From assembly GCA_018651725.1 (NCBI GenBank), contig JABIDK010000019.1, forward strand, positions 3,894-67,893: a DNA stretch of 64,000 nucleotides, written 5' to 3'. The notes under the pieces were generated by a model, which was not told where the DNA came from, ran no database searches, and worked only from the letters and a program-made list of their open reading frames with translations. The position numbers and the translations under genes are program-made. Of the stretch, positions 29,763 through 39,711 are shown one piece after another; within the stretch, counting starts at the first letter, position 1; every line of letters starts with the position of its first letter. The DNA is from Candidatus Falkowbacteria bacterium (GTDB lineage: Bacteria; Patescibacteriota; Patescibacteriia; JAACEG01).

Positions 29763-32063
29763 TTAATTAATAATCTCAAAATCATCCCCTCCTTTAAATT
29801 TGCTAAAATCTAAGCTTTTTATCTCATCTAAATCATCTAGTTCGTTCATCATTAAAAATTGATCTGAAAAAGTATATAAAACATCATCAATATAAAGACT
29901 TCTTTTCACAAAATTTTCCTTATTATAAGGAACGCGAGAAATCATTATATCTTCCTCTAAGCTAATTCCAATCTCAGGTATTTTTGGTGTTTGAGGTAAA
30001 ATTAAATTCATATCATCTCCCTCTAAGTGTCTAATTTTCCCCTTTAACTCAAAGCCTTTTTTATTGATATTAAAAACTAATGCTCCTCTAAAATAATCGT
30101 TCCAACTTTTACCTTCTTCCCTGATTGTTGCCGGAATAACAAGTAAATTTTTGTCTTTTGAGAATAAAAATGCTTTATGGTCATTTAAAGCATAGGAACT
30201 ACTACCAGACTCTCCGATCATAAAGGTATCAATTTCTTTAGGGTCACCCATACTGGACACATCAAATAATGACAGCTTCAAGCCCTTGGTTGTAACTCTT
30301 CCAAATTCGTTCTCGTAAGTATCTTTCCCAAGACCAATTAAAGTATCTTTGTCGTAAGGATGTAGATAATTGGAAAAACCAGGGATTTTTAACTCTCCTA
30401 ATACCTTGGGTTTTGTTGGATTTTTTAAGTCTATTACAAAAAGTGGATCTGTCTGCTTAAAGGTTACCATATAGGCTCTATCCTGCATAAATCTGACAGA
30501 GTAAATTCTCTCTCCTTTGGCTAAATCTTCCACTTTTCCAACTACCTTTAAGTTTTTATCTAAAACATATAAATTATTATACGGCTCCATTCTTTCGTCT
30601 TCAAATTGAGACCAAGTTCTGCTTTTTGTGGTGGCAATACGGAAATATCCGTCATTTTCATCCATTGAAAATTGATTTAAAACATGTCCGGTAACCTCTC
30701 CAAATCTCCTATATTCTATCTTTCCTTTATTAATGGCTATTTTATGAATCACTGTTTTTTCCAACTCCTTACTTAAATCTTCATATTTTTCTTTCATTTT
30801 TTGCTCCATTTCTTCCTCAAGTATATCTTGCTCTTTTTCGGACAAAGAATAAATATAACGCTCTATTATTTGCCCAATTTTAGCCATTTTTTCATCTTGA
30901 CTCAAAATAGAGTTATCTACGGCTTCGATCTCAGCGATTCTTTCCTGGTCTTTTACGCTTAACCTTGGGAATAAAAACTCTCTCATTACCTCCATTATCA
31001 AGCGAAATTCACTTATATGTTTAGTATAAGTTATATAAATATTATCTTGCGAAACATACATATTCTGACCATAACCAAGCAAATAAGCTTCACTGTTTAT
31101 TTCCTTTTTATTGTCTTTAACATTTATAGCTGCAATATGAGTAAAGTTATAAGAGCTGTGAGGAATATCGATATAATATACATCCATAATCTTTTTTTCA
31201 TTTATTACCTGCCCACTCTCTAAGATTCTTGGCACCGGCATTTCGTCGGCTAAATAATATGCTCGCTCTGAAGTTATAAAATATACATAATCTCCGATCA
31301 TCCTAGAATTTACCAGATTTCCTTCAAAATTTAAATCCCTTACCTGCTTTGGATTAACTTTATCAGTTATATCAAAAACCTTTAAAAAAGCATAAGCTGA
31401 CCTTCGTTTAAAGTTTTTATAAAAATCTCTTTCGTAAATAGTATTATCGCGTCCATAAACTACTAGCCTATCGTCATTCAAATAAATATCCTGCGGACGA
31501 GAATCAAATTTAATTTTAGACAAAATCTGCGCACCACTAGCCGGATAAGCGTCTATAATAAATAAATCATTACCAGTTAAGGCATAGACATATTTACCAT
31601 CTGTCTTAATAATATCGGCTTCATCTACGCCCTCAACTTGAATGTTTGTGGTAGAAAAATCATCTGACCCTCCACCGGACTCATCACTTGCAATGTTTGA
31701 TTTTTGAGCAATATCACTTAACGACTCAGTTGCATCTAAACTTCTCTCCATCATCATTTCTCCGCCGAAACCCCCATAATATATCCCACCTGATTCGCTA
31801 GTATTATTCTCTAAAAATTCTTTAAGTTCATCGTAGTCTTTAAATTTTTTAATTTTAGATTGCTCAGCAAGTTCATCTTTAATATCATTGCTGATGAAAA
31901 CAATTGGTCTATCAACAGGCCTCCTAACAAGGGGTTGATTACTATCCAGAGTAAGTGCCAAATAAACAAAACTAAAAAGAATAATTGCAAAAGATACGGC
32001 AATTATTCTAATTGATGAGTCATTGAATAAATAAATTTTTTGACCAAAATTTTCCTCAGGCAT
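29763..32063 (-). CDS. Secreted beta-propeller domain protein
   Basis: FSTTNIQVEGVDEADIIKTDG, NQFSMDE, ERIYSVRF, TDPLFVIDL, ELKIPGFSNYLHP. Confidence 0.88.
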   Translation of the reverse strand: MPEENFGQKIYLFNDSSIRIIAVSFAIILFSFVYLALTLDSNQPLVRRPVDRPIVFISNDIKDELAEQSKIKKFKDYDELKEFLENNTSESGGIYYGGFGGEMMMERSLDATESLSDIAQKSNIASDESGGGSDDFSTTNIQVEGVDEADIIKTDGKYVYALTGNDLFIIDAYPASGAQILSKIKFDSRPQDIYLNDDRLVVYGRDNTIYERDFYKNFKRRSAYAFLKVFDITDKVNPKQVRDLNFEGNLVNSRMIGDYVYFITSERAYYLADEMPVPRILESGQVINEKKIMDVYYIDIPHSSYNFTHIAAINVKDNKKEINSEAYLLGYGQNMYVSQDNIYITYTKHISEFRLIMEVMREFLFPRLSVKDQERIAEIEAVDNSILSQDEKMAKIGQIIERYIYSLSEKEQDILEEEMEQKMKEKYEDLSKELEKTVIHKIAINKGKIEYRRFGEVTGHVLNQFSMDENDGYFRIATTKSRTWSQFEDERMEPYNNLYVLDKNLKVVGKVEDLAKGERIYSVRFMQDRAYMVTFKQTDPLFVIDLKNPTKPKVLGELKIPGFSNYLHPYDKDTLIGLGKDTYENEFGRVTTKGLKLSLFDVSSMGDPKEIDTFMIGESGSSSYALNDHKAFLFSKDKNLLVIPATIREEGKSWNDYFRGALVFNINKKGFELKGKIRHLEGDDMNLILPQTPKIPEIGISLEEDIMISRVPYNKENFVKRSLYIDDVLYTFSDQFLMMNELDDLDEIKSLDFSKFKGGDDFEIIN

Positions 32064-32118
32064 AATTTAAAAAATTAATGATTTATATAATAATTATATC
32101 ATAAATAATAAAATTATG

Positions 32119-33672
32119 CTACAAGTCTAATGCCACCCCACTTCTTCTTTTGTCTCCGGCTCCGTCAAACTTTTTGTCTTGATAGGTTGTTGTGTGAGCT
32201 CCGCCAAAAAACATATTTTTCTCAGAAAATTCTGTAATTTTGTCTTTTCTACTTATTTTTTTTATTTTTTCTATTACTTTTTTGTCAAAACCCGGCTCAA
32301 TGTTAAAACTGTTTCTCTCCCAGTGAATTCTTGGTGAATCTACGGCCTCGCTAACATGCATTTTAAAGTCGATAATATTTGAAATAACTTGCAAAATTGC
32401 GGTTCTAATCCTGTTTGACCCACCAGATCCGAGAACTGCCTCCGGACAATCATTTTTTAAGACCATAGTCGGACTCATCATGGACGAAATTCTGATATTT
32501 TCTTTCCATTTATGAAATCCAAGAGGATTTACGTCTTCCTCGCCCAACATATTGTTCATCATAACACCTGTTCCCGGGATTACATACGAAGATCCCTCAC
32601 CATTGCTAGTTGTCATAGTGGCGGCGTTTCCCTCGGCATCTATTACACTAAGATGCGTGGTACTGCCCCATTTATTAATTTCACTACTTAATATATCTTT
32701 ATACTTTTCCACATGCTTGCTTCCTAAAAATTTTTCTATAACATCTTTATTGTATAAGTTATCATCATAACTGTCTTGTCTGGCTAAATTTGTAATTCTC
32801 ATTACATCAGCCAATATTTTCAAATGTTCAAAGCTACCATGTTTTATTTTGCTAAAATCAATACTTTCCAAAAGCTCAAGTGCAAAAGCAATTAAAGCAC
32901 CTCCTGAACTTGGCGGCGGATTAGTAATAATTTCATTACCTCGATAGTTAATTTTAAGAGGGTCTCTCTCGATTACTTTATAGTTCTCTAGGTCTTCTTT
33001 AGTTAAATAGCCCCCCTTTTCTTTAGAGTCTTTAATTAACTGTGAAGCAATTTCACCTTTATAAAAAGCGTCTGTTCCCTCTCTAGATAAATAATCCAAA
33101 GTATCTGCTAACCCGGTCATTTTACAAAGTTCTTTGGCTTTTATTAAATTTCCGTTGCTTTCAAAAATCGCTTTTGTTTCTTTATCACTAGTCATAATTG
33201 GCCCTAAAAGAGTCAAACAATAGTGTTGAAAGCTATTTAACTCCAATCCTTTTTTAGCGTATTCAATTGCCGGATCAGCCACCACTTCAAAAGGTAATCG
33301 CCCTAATTTTTTATGAACATGAAAAAATCCAGCCACATTTCCCGGCACAGCCATAGACCCTAAGCCAACATGAAACTCTTGGGTCACATCGCCAAAATCA
33401 ATTTCTACCGGATAAAAATCTGGTTTTCCATTTATTTTCTTACTCCCCGGAGTCTGTGTAAAAAAATCAAACAAAGTATTCTGTTTATCTTTTGTATGCG
33501 CCAGCAAAAACCCGCCTCCACCCAAAGATGTAAGCATATACTCAGCCACACACGAAGCCAACCCCGCTCCAATCGCCGCATCAAATGCATTACCGCCTTC
33601 CTCTAAAATTAACCTCCCTGCCTCAGCGGTCTTAATATGCCCGGCCGAAACCACGCCCTTTTTATTTGCCAT
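32119..33672 (-). CDS. ggt: Gamma-glutamyltransferase
   Basis: GGNAFDAA, PPPSSGG, nucleophile TTHLSVID, SSMMSP, GSGGSNRI, GDKRR. Confidence 0.92.
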   Translation of the reverse strand: MANKKGVVSAGHIKTAEAGRLILEEGGNAFDAAIGAGLASCVAEYMLTSLGGGGFLLAHTKDKQNTLFDFFTQTPGSKKINGKPDFYPVEIDFGDVTQEFHVGLGSMAVPGNVAGFFHVHKKLGRLPFEVVADPAIEYAKKGLELNSFQHYCLTLLGPIMTSDKETKAIFESNGNLIKAKELCKMTGLADTLDYLSREGTDAFYKGEIASQLIKDSKEKGGYLTKEDLENYKVIERDPLKINYRGNEIITNPPPSSGGALIAFALELLESIDFSKIKHGSFEHLKILADVMRITNLARQDSYDDNLYNKDVIEKFLGSKHVEKYKDILSSEINKWGSTTHLSVIDAEGNAATMTTSNGEGSSYVIPGTGVMMNNMLGEEDVNPLGFHKWKENIRISSMMSPTMVLKNDCPEAVLGSGGSNRIRTAILQVISNIIDFKMHVSEAVDSPRIHWERNSFNIEPGFDKKVIEKIKKISRKDKITEFSEKNMFFGGAHTTTYQDKKFDGAGDKRRSGVALDL

Positions 33673-33736
33673 ATATGATCTTAATAATAAATTAATAATT
33701 TTATTCTAACTCTTTAATAGTTAAAAATCAAGCTCC

Positions 33737-33765
33737 TTGAAGTTATAGTAATAATGACCTACAAT
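33737..33765 (+). promoter_or_regulatory. Sigma-70 promoter of recQ (probably leaderless or near-leaderless)
   Basis: TTGAAG-17-TACAAT, 8 nt before the ATG at 33774. Confidence 0.6.
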
Positions 33766-33773
33766 AAATTTAT

Positions 33774-35924
33774 ATGAAAGATTTACTTAAAAAATATTTT
33801 GGGTATGATGAGTTTCGGTTGTTGCAGGAGGAGGTTATAAATAATGTCTTAGAAGGAAAAGATAGCTTTGTTTTGATGCCGACCGGGGGTGGGAAGTCGC
33901 TTTGCTATCAGTTGCCGGCTTTAAAATTTGATGGTGTTACCTTGGTTGTTTCGCCGTTAATTGCTTTAATGAAAGATCAAGTTGATTCGTTAAAGTCTTG
34001 CGGAATTGAAGCGGAGTTTATTAATTCTACTCTTTTAGGGACTCAAATTGATGATATTTACTCGCGGGCGTTGCAAAATAAAATAAAAATTCTTTACATT
34101 GCTCCGGAAAGGTTTGCCTTGCCTGGTTTCCAAAATTTTCTAGCAAAATTAAAAATAGATTTAATCGCCATTGATGAGGCGCACTGTATTTCTGAATGGG
34201 GACATGATTTTCGACCTGACTATCGTAATTTGAGTTCTTTGAAAAAACTTTTTCCGGGCATTCCTTTAATTGCCCTGACTGCCACTGCTACTAAAAAAGT
34301 ACGAAATGATATTTTAAATCAATTAAAAATAGAAAGATCGCGAACTTTTATTTCCAGCTTTAACCGAGAGAATTTAAATATCAGTGTAATAGAAAAAAAA
34401 CAGGCCTTTCCAAAACTTATTAATCTACTGCAAAAATATAAAAACGAATCTGTAATAATTTACTGTTTTTCTCGTAAAGAAACCGAAGAAATAGCTGAAA
34501 ATCTGAATTTAAACGGTTTTAAAGCGCGAGCCTATCATGCCGGACTTCCAAAAGATAAAAGAAGGCTGGCTCAAGACCTTTTTATTAAAGATGAGATAAA
34601 TATAATCGTTGCCACAATTGCCTTTGGCATGGGCATAGATAAGCCTGATGTTCGTTTGGTTGTTCATTATACTTATCCGAAAACTTTAGAGGGTTATTAT
34701 CAAGAAATCGGACGCGCCGGTAGGGACGGACTTCCAAGCGAGTGCGTAATGTTTTACACTTATGCTGATACTAGAAAACATGAGTTTTTTATCAATCAAA
34801 CAGAGGATTTAGTGCTCCAAAAACGCGCTGAGGAAAAATTAAGCGAAGTTTTAAACTATGCAGACTTAACAACTTGTCGAAAAAAATATCTGCTTAAATA
34901 TTTTGGTGAAAATCTGGAAGCGGATAATTGTCAATCTTGTGACATTTGCCTTACTGAAAAAGAAATGTTTGATGCCACTGAAATTACACAAAAAATCATC
35001 TCCGCGATTTTAAAAACCTATAATCGCTTTGGCAGAAACTATATCATTGATATTTTACTTGGGAAAAAAATTCAAAAAGTTTTAAGAAACAATCACGATC
35101 AGCTTAGCGTTTTTGGGATAGTTAAAAATTTTGACGAAGACGAGTTAAAACAAGTTATAAACCAACTGATTAATTTGGATTTTTTAATGAAAAGTGAAGG
35201 GCAGTACCCAACTCTTTCTGTGACAAAAAAAGGTATTAAATTTTTGAAAATAGAAGAAAAATTGGAGCTATCAAAACCGCGGGTAAGTATTATAACCGCT
35301 GAAAAACCTAAAAAAGATGATTTAAACTACAACTCCGAATTGTTTGAAGAACTAAGAAAATTAAGAAAAAAATTAGCTGAAGAAAAAAATGTTCCACCTT
35401 TTGTAATTTTTGGTGATACTTCACTTCAAGAAATGTCCTATTATTTTCCTAAAGATGAAAAAGAATTTTCTGAAATTATTGGAGTGGGAGCAAAAAAACT
35501 TGAGCAGTTTTCCGATATTTTTTTAAATGTAATAAATAAATTTAAAAAGAAAAATAGTATCTCTGGAAAAGATCTACCTAAAAAAGCTCCAGAAACAAAG
35601 ATTACGCCAATTAAAGTAAAAACCTCTAAACCAAAATATCATAGTCAAACAAAGATACTTTTAAGCAAAAAAGTTTCTATAGACCGAATTGCTAAAAATC
35701 AAGATTTAAAACCAAGCACAATTATAAACCACATTGAAAAACTAATCGACTCCGGCGCTACTCTTGATTTGGAATATCTAAAACTACCCTCAAATAAATA
35801 CGAGGAAATAAAAAAAGCATTCAAACTCTGTGGAGATGAATACTTAAAACCTGTTTTCGAACATCTAAACAAAAAATATTCCTACGATGAAATTAAACTG
35901 GTAAGAGTTTTAATGAGAAGTTAA
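33774..35924 (+). CDS. recQ: ATP-dependent DNA helicase RecQ
   Basis: MPTGGGKSLCYQ, DEAHCISEWGHDFRP, YYQEIGRAGRDG, RQC, HRDC (VPPFVIFGD), C-terminal HTH. Confidence 0.97.
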   Translation: MKDLLKKYFGYDEFRLLQEEVINNVLEGKDSFVLMPTGGGKSLCYQLPALKFDGVTLVVSPLIALMKDQVDSLKSCGIEAEFINSTLLGTQIDDIYSRALQNKIKILYIAPERFALPGFQNFLAKLKIDLIAIDEAHCISEWGHDFRPDYRNLSSLKKLFPGIPLIALTATATKKVRNDILNQLKIERSRTFISSFNRENLNISVIEKKQAFPKLINLLQKYKNESVIIYCFSRKETEEIAENLNLNGFKARAYHAGLPKDKRRLAQDLFIKDEINIIVATIAFGMGIDKPDVRLVVHYTYPKTLEGYYQEIGRAGRDGLPSECVMFYTYADTRKHEFFINQTEDLVLQKRAEEKLSEVLNYADLTTCRKKYLLKYFGENLEADNCQSCDICLTEKEMFDATEITQKIISAILKTYNRFGRNYIIDILLGKKIQKVLRNNHDQLSVFGIVKNFDEDELKQVINQLINLDFLMKSEGQYPTLSVTKKGIKFLKIEEKLELSKPRVSIITAEKPKKDDLNYNSELFEELRKLRKKLAEEKNVPPFVIFGDTSLQEMSYYFPKDEKEFSEIIGVGAKKLEQFSDIFLNVINKFKKKNSISGKDLPKKAPETKITPIKVKTSKPKYHSQTKILLSKKVSIDRIAKNQDLKPSTIINHIEKLIDSGATLDLEYLKLPSNKYEEIKKAFKLCGDEYLKPVFEHLNKKYSYDEIKLVRVLMRS

Positions 35925-35928
35925 TGTG

Positions 35929-36942
35929 TTAGACTTTATTCATTTTCTTTTTATTCATTTTTTGTTTGGCTACTTTTTGTAAATCTTCGTGTTTGTCAAA
36001 TTCGTCTACTATCTCAGCGCCGATTATTTCTTCCAGTACATCTTCAATAGTTACTAAGCCGGAGACTCCGCCGAATTCGTCCAGAACAATAAAAAGATGG
36101 TGTTTTGTTTTTTTAAATTCATTTAATAAATCATCAAGATTTTTCTTATGATCAACAAAAATTACATCTTTTCTGGATAATTCATTGATTGTTTTATTTT
36201 TTGGAACAATGCCTATTAAATCTTTTACATAAAAAATTCCAATTATTGTGTCTTGATTTTTAGAGTGAACCGGAATCCGAGAGTGCCCTGAATTTAAAAT
36301 TTTTTTAACTGTTTTTGTATCTATTTTTTGATCTTCAGGTAAAGAAAACATAGCTACTCTTGGGGTCATTATATCTCGAACTGTTTTATGTGAAAAAGAC
36401 AACGCACCTTTAAGTATTCTTTCTTCATCTTCATCTATATCGCTATGTCTTGAATCTTCGTGATCTTCGATGAGTTTAACTAGTTCTTTCTTGGAATAAA
36501 CTGTTGACATTTCAGCCCCTAAAATTTTATCAAGCGCCCAAGCTAAAGGCCAAGAAAGCGGGTAAAATATAAAAATTACACCTTTTACCAACCAAATAAG
36601 TTTAGCACCTAATAGTAAGGCATAACGAGAAAAAGCAGCCTGAGGAATAATTTCACCAAAAACAACGATTAACGATGTTGCAATTAACACCGCCATAAAC
36701 CCTGAGGCAATTGAACCTAAAAATATAGAAAGCACGGAATTAACTGCTACATTGCCGATTAAAAGAGTACAAAGAAGTAAATTCCCATTTTTTCTTACAC
36801 TGTAAACTTTTTTAGCTTGCTCGTCTCCAAGTTCTGCTTTACGCTCCAAGTCATCCTTATTTAAACTGAAAAAACCCAAAGTTAAACCAGAAAAAAGCGC
36901 TGAAAAAAATACGAGAAATAATATAATAAAATATTCAATCAT
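35929..36942 (-). CDS. CNNM/DUF21-CBS (CorC/hemolysin-like) transporter
   Basis: SALFSGLTLG, LLIGN, FGEIIPQA, GHSRIPV, GLVTIEDVLEEI. Confidence 0.92.
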   Translation of the reverse strand: MIEYFIILFLVFFSALFSGLTLGFFSLNKDDLERKAELGDEQAKKVYSVRKNGNLLLCTLLIGNVAVNSVLSIFLGSIASGFMAVLIATSLIVVFGEIIPQAAFSRYALLLGAKLIWLVKGVIFIFYPLSWPLAWALDKILGAEMSTVYSKKELVKLIEDHEDSRHSDIDEDEERILKGALSFSHKTVRDIMTPRVAMFSLPEDQKIDTKTVKKILNSGHSRIPVHSKNQDTIIGIFYVKDLIGIVPKNKTINELSRKDVIFVDHKKNLDDLLNEFKKTKHHLFIVLDEFGGVSGLVTIEDVLEEIIGAEIVDEFDKHEDLQKVAKQKMNKKKMNKV

Positions 36943-37349
36943 AAATTAATTACAAAAAACCCTGTATCTCTTAATTTAAAGCCTAATGACTCGTAAAGTT
37001 TGCGAGCTGGGATTCGCTTTGGATTACTTGTTAAAGTTATTTGTTGTATATTTTTTTCTTTAGCTACTTTGATTAACTCTTGCATAATTTTTCTACCTAA
37101 ACCTTGTCCACGATAATTTTCATAGACAACAACATCTTCAACTACACCTGTTTCTCCTTTTATTGGAGAAACATAAACTCCGAGAGTGGCTGTGCCGATT
37201 ATTTTTTTGTTATCTTCCAAAATAAGACAGTGACAATTATCGCTGCTAATTAAAAAATCAATATCTAAATCAACCTGCTTTTCAGTAAGTTGAGCAAATA
37301 AGCTTTCTACTTCTTTTTTATCTTCTTTTTGGATTTTACGGATTTGCAT
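36939..37349 (-). CDS. GNAT acetyltransferase
   Basis: VEDVVV...YRGQGLGRK, ARKLYESLGF. Confidence 0.88.
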   Translation of the reverse strand: MQIRKIQKEDKKEVESLFAQLTEKQVDLDIDFLISSDNCHCLILEDNKKIIGTATLGVYVSPIKGETGVVEDVVVYENYRGQGLGRKIMQELIKVAKEKNIQQITLTSNPKRIPARKLYESLGFKLRDTGFFVINL

Positions 37350-37753
37350 GTTTTCTTTTTATCTTTATCTTTTTTCTCTTTTAAATATTTTTTAACAGCT
37401 TCGTGCAAAGCGTCGGCGGCCAAGTTACTACAGTGCTGTTTAACCGGTGGAAGCCAATCAAGCTCGCTGGTTACATCTTTTTTAGTGATTTTTAAGGCTT
37501 GTTTTAAAGTCTTTCCTTTCGCCATATCAGTCACCATTGAAGAAGTAGCAATAGCTGCGCCACAACCAAGAGTTTCAAACTTTACGTTTTTAATTATCTC
37601 CTCGCCTTTTTTATTTTTTCCAATTTTAAGATAAAGACGCATGATATCCCCACAAACAGGGTTGCCAACCGTTGAAATTGAGTCAGCTTTTTTAAGCGTC
37701 CCTTGATTGTGCGGTTTTCTAAAATGTTCGATAACTTTTTTTGAGTATTTCAT
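37307..37753 (-). CDS. iscU: Fe-S scaffold protein NifU/IscU
   Basis: GNPVCGDIM, FETLGCGAAIATSS, KQHCSNL. Confidence 0.92.
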   Translation of the reverse strand: MKYSKKVIEHFRKPHNQGTLKKADSISTVGNPVCGDIMRLYLKIGKNKKGEEIIKNVKFETLGCGAAIATSSMVTDMAKGKTLKQALKITKKDVTSELDWLPPVKQHCSNLAADALHEAVKKYLKEKKDKDKKKTCKSVKSKKKIKKK

Positions 37754-37754
37754 A

Positions 37755-38942
37755 TTATTTAAATTCTTTTAGAACATCGCCGGAAATTTTTCTTAGGCGA
37801 GTTATTATTTGTTTTAATTTATTTATTGTGTAATCAATTTCTTTTTTTGTTGTTTGTTTCCCAAGCGTTAAACGCAAACTGCCGTGCGATTGTTCTTGTT
37901 TAATACCAAGCGATAATAGCACGTGAGACGCTTGTAAAGAACCTGACGAACAAGCAGAGCCGGTTCCAACGGAAACCCCTTCCATTTGCAGCATCATTAA
38001 TAAACTCTCCCCTTCTACAGAGTCAAATCTGAAATTAGCGTTATTGGGAGACCGTTTAACTTTCGATCCATTCAAATAAGACCCAGGGATTTCCTTTAAA
38101 ATTCTCTTGATCAAATAATCCCTTAATTTTACAATATTTTTGACTTTTGAGCTTTGACTTTTGACTTGTTGTATGGCCTCCCCTAGTCCAACTATTCCGG
38201 GGACATTATGAGTCCCTGATCGCAATCCTTGCTCCTGTCCACCGCCATCCATAATAGAGCTAAGAGGGGTATTTACTTTTTTATACAATATTCCGACTCC
38301 TTTTGGTCCGTAAATTTTATGTGCCGATAAACTTAGCAAATTAACATTTAACTTTTTAACATCACAATCAAAATAATTAATTGCCTGCACGGCATCGGTA
38401 TGGAAATATATATTTTTAGCTTTTTTAACTAGTTTTCCGATTTCTTTTATTGGCTGGACTGTGCCGATTTCATTATTAACATACATTATAGAAATTAAAA
38501 TAGTATTTGATTTTATTGCTTTTTCAACGTCTTTTACTTTTACAACCCCACCACTATTAACCGGCAAATATGTCACTTCAACCATACCTTGTTTTTCTAG
38601 TGTTTTACAGCTATCCAAAACGCAATGATGCTCAAATTGCGTAGTGATAATGTGCGGTTTTTGTTTTAAAGAATGATTTTGTAAATAATATTTTTTTATA
38701 AGTCCTTTAATAGCTAAATTATTACTCTCCGTAGCTCCGGAGGTAAAGATTACCTCTCTTGAATCACAACTCAAAAAATTAGCTACTTGTGTGCGAGCTT
38801 TTTCAACTGCTTCACTCGCTTCCTGACCAAAGCTGTGAATTGTCATTGGATTGCCAAATTTCTCTTTAAAATAAGGCAACATTTTATTTAAAACTTTTTG
38901 ATCAACCGGCGTAGTAGCGGCGTAATCTAAATATATTTTCAT
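37755..38942 (-). CDS. iscS: Cysteine desulfurase
   Basis: YLDYAATTP, FTSGATESNN, SAHKIYGPKG, GSACSS. Confidence 0.94.
   Translation of the reverse strand: MKIYLDYAATTPVDQKVLNKMLPYFKEKFGNPMTIHSFGQEASEAVEKARTQVANFLSCDSREVIFTSGATESNNLAIKGLIKKYYLQNHSLKQKPHIITTQFEHHCVLDSCKTLEKQGMVEVTYLPVNSGGVVKVKDVEKAIKSNTILISIMYVNNEIGTVQPIKEIGKLVKKAKNIYFHTDAVQAINYFDCDVKKLNVNLLSLSAHKIYGPKGVGILYKKVNTPLSSIMDGGGQEQGLRSGTHNVPGIVGLGEAIQQVKSQSSKVKNIVKLRDYLIKRILKEIPGSYLNGSKVKRSPNNANFRFDSVEGESLLMMLQMEGVSVGTGSACSSGSLQASHVLLSLGIKQEQSHGSLRLTLGKQTTKKEIDYTINKLKQIITRLRKISGDVLKEFK
38138..38167. repeat. Heptamer tandem repeat (TTTTGAC)x4 in frame in iscS
   Basis: ttttgac ttttgag ctttgac ttttgac tt, encoding QVKSQSSKVK. Confidence 0.7.
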
Positions 38943-38948
38943 AGCTTT

Positions 38949-38977
38949 ATAATACTATTTCAAAACAAAAAAAGCAA
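38949..38977 (-). promoter_or_regulatory. Sigma-70 promoter of iscS (probably leaderless)
   Basis: TTGCTT-17-TATTAT, 6 nt before the ATG. Confidence 0.6.
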
Positions 38978-39025
38978 ATAAAAAACTCCTAACAAAATCG
39001 TCAAGAGAATTTTTATTTTCGCCTA

Positions 39026-39484
39026 TTAAACAAAGATGTATGGAGCAAGAAAATTAATTACAGAAGAATAGAAGGAAATAAGTAGCCAAACAGCGCTCGT
39101 GGTTGAAACGTATAGTAAAATTTTCTTTACAAGTGGCATATCGTAAAAGCGTTTTAAATATAAAGAAAAAATATTAAAATGAATATAAACAAAAAATCCA
39201 GCAGTTAATAAAATTGCTATTAACATTACTAAAGTCATGTAAGGATTGCTTACGGCTGAGACAAAATTACTGTAAGGTCGTCCAGCAAAAATTGCAAAAA
39301 CAGTAAAAAGCACAAATCCTTCGGCCAAATGGAAACTAATTAATTTAATAGTATTACCAACTTCTACCTCTTCTATGTCTAATTTTTTAGAAACAAGATT
39401 AACACAAAAAACAGAAACAACTAAAGGAATAAGCAAAAATAAATACAATGCAAAAGATATTAAAATAGATACTAATACGATCAT
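39026..39484 (-). CDS. Hypothetical membrane protein
   Basis: 152-aa ORF with about 4 TM segments. Confidence 0.6.
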   Translation of the reverse strand: MIVLVSILISFALYLFLLIPLVVSVFCVNLVSKKLDIEEVEVGNTIKLISFHLAEGFVLFTVFAIFAGRPYSNFVSAVSNPYMTLVMLIAILLTAGFFVYIHFNIFSLYLKRFYDMPLVKKILLYVSTTSAVWLLISFYSSVINFLAPYIFV

Positions 39485-39505
39485 AAATTTAAAAAATGAA
39501 ATGAG

Positions 39506-39514
39506 TTATCCACA
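39506..39514 (+). promoter_or_regulatory. Consensus DnaA box
   Basis: TTATCCACA exact match; a 1-mismatch copy in a similar gagttatcca context at 28075-28083. Confidence 0.45.
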
Positions 39515-39560
39515 AGTTGATTATATTATAACATATTTTTTAAAATGAACAAAGAGAGTT

Positions 39561-39588
39561 TTTTTATATTTGTTCGGAGGCAGGGATT
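39561..39588. repeat. 28-bp direct duplication of the tRNA-Gln 3' end plus flank
   Basis: tttttatatttgttcggaggcagggatt identical at 39561-39588 and 39629-39656. Confidence 0.9.
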
Positions 39589-39640
39589 TACCCTCTCGCT
39601 TCGCTTCCGGGCATAAACTTCTCATCCCTTTTTATATTTG

Positions 39641-39711
39641 TTCGGAGGCAGGGATTCGAACCCCGATAGTCAGGATCAAAACCTGAAGTCCTACCATTAG
39701 ACGACCTCCGA
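39641..39711 (-). tRNA. tRNA-Gln (UUG), CCA not encoded
   Basis: Acceptor TCGGAGG/CCTCCGA, anticodon arm TCAGG-TTTTGAT-CCTGA, T arm CGGGG-TTCGAAT-CCCTG. Confidence 0.95.

Noticed and set aside
39484-39560. Replication origin
   Set aside because: Only one perfect DnaA box, no cluster, and no dnaA or dnaN nearby.
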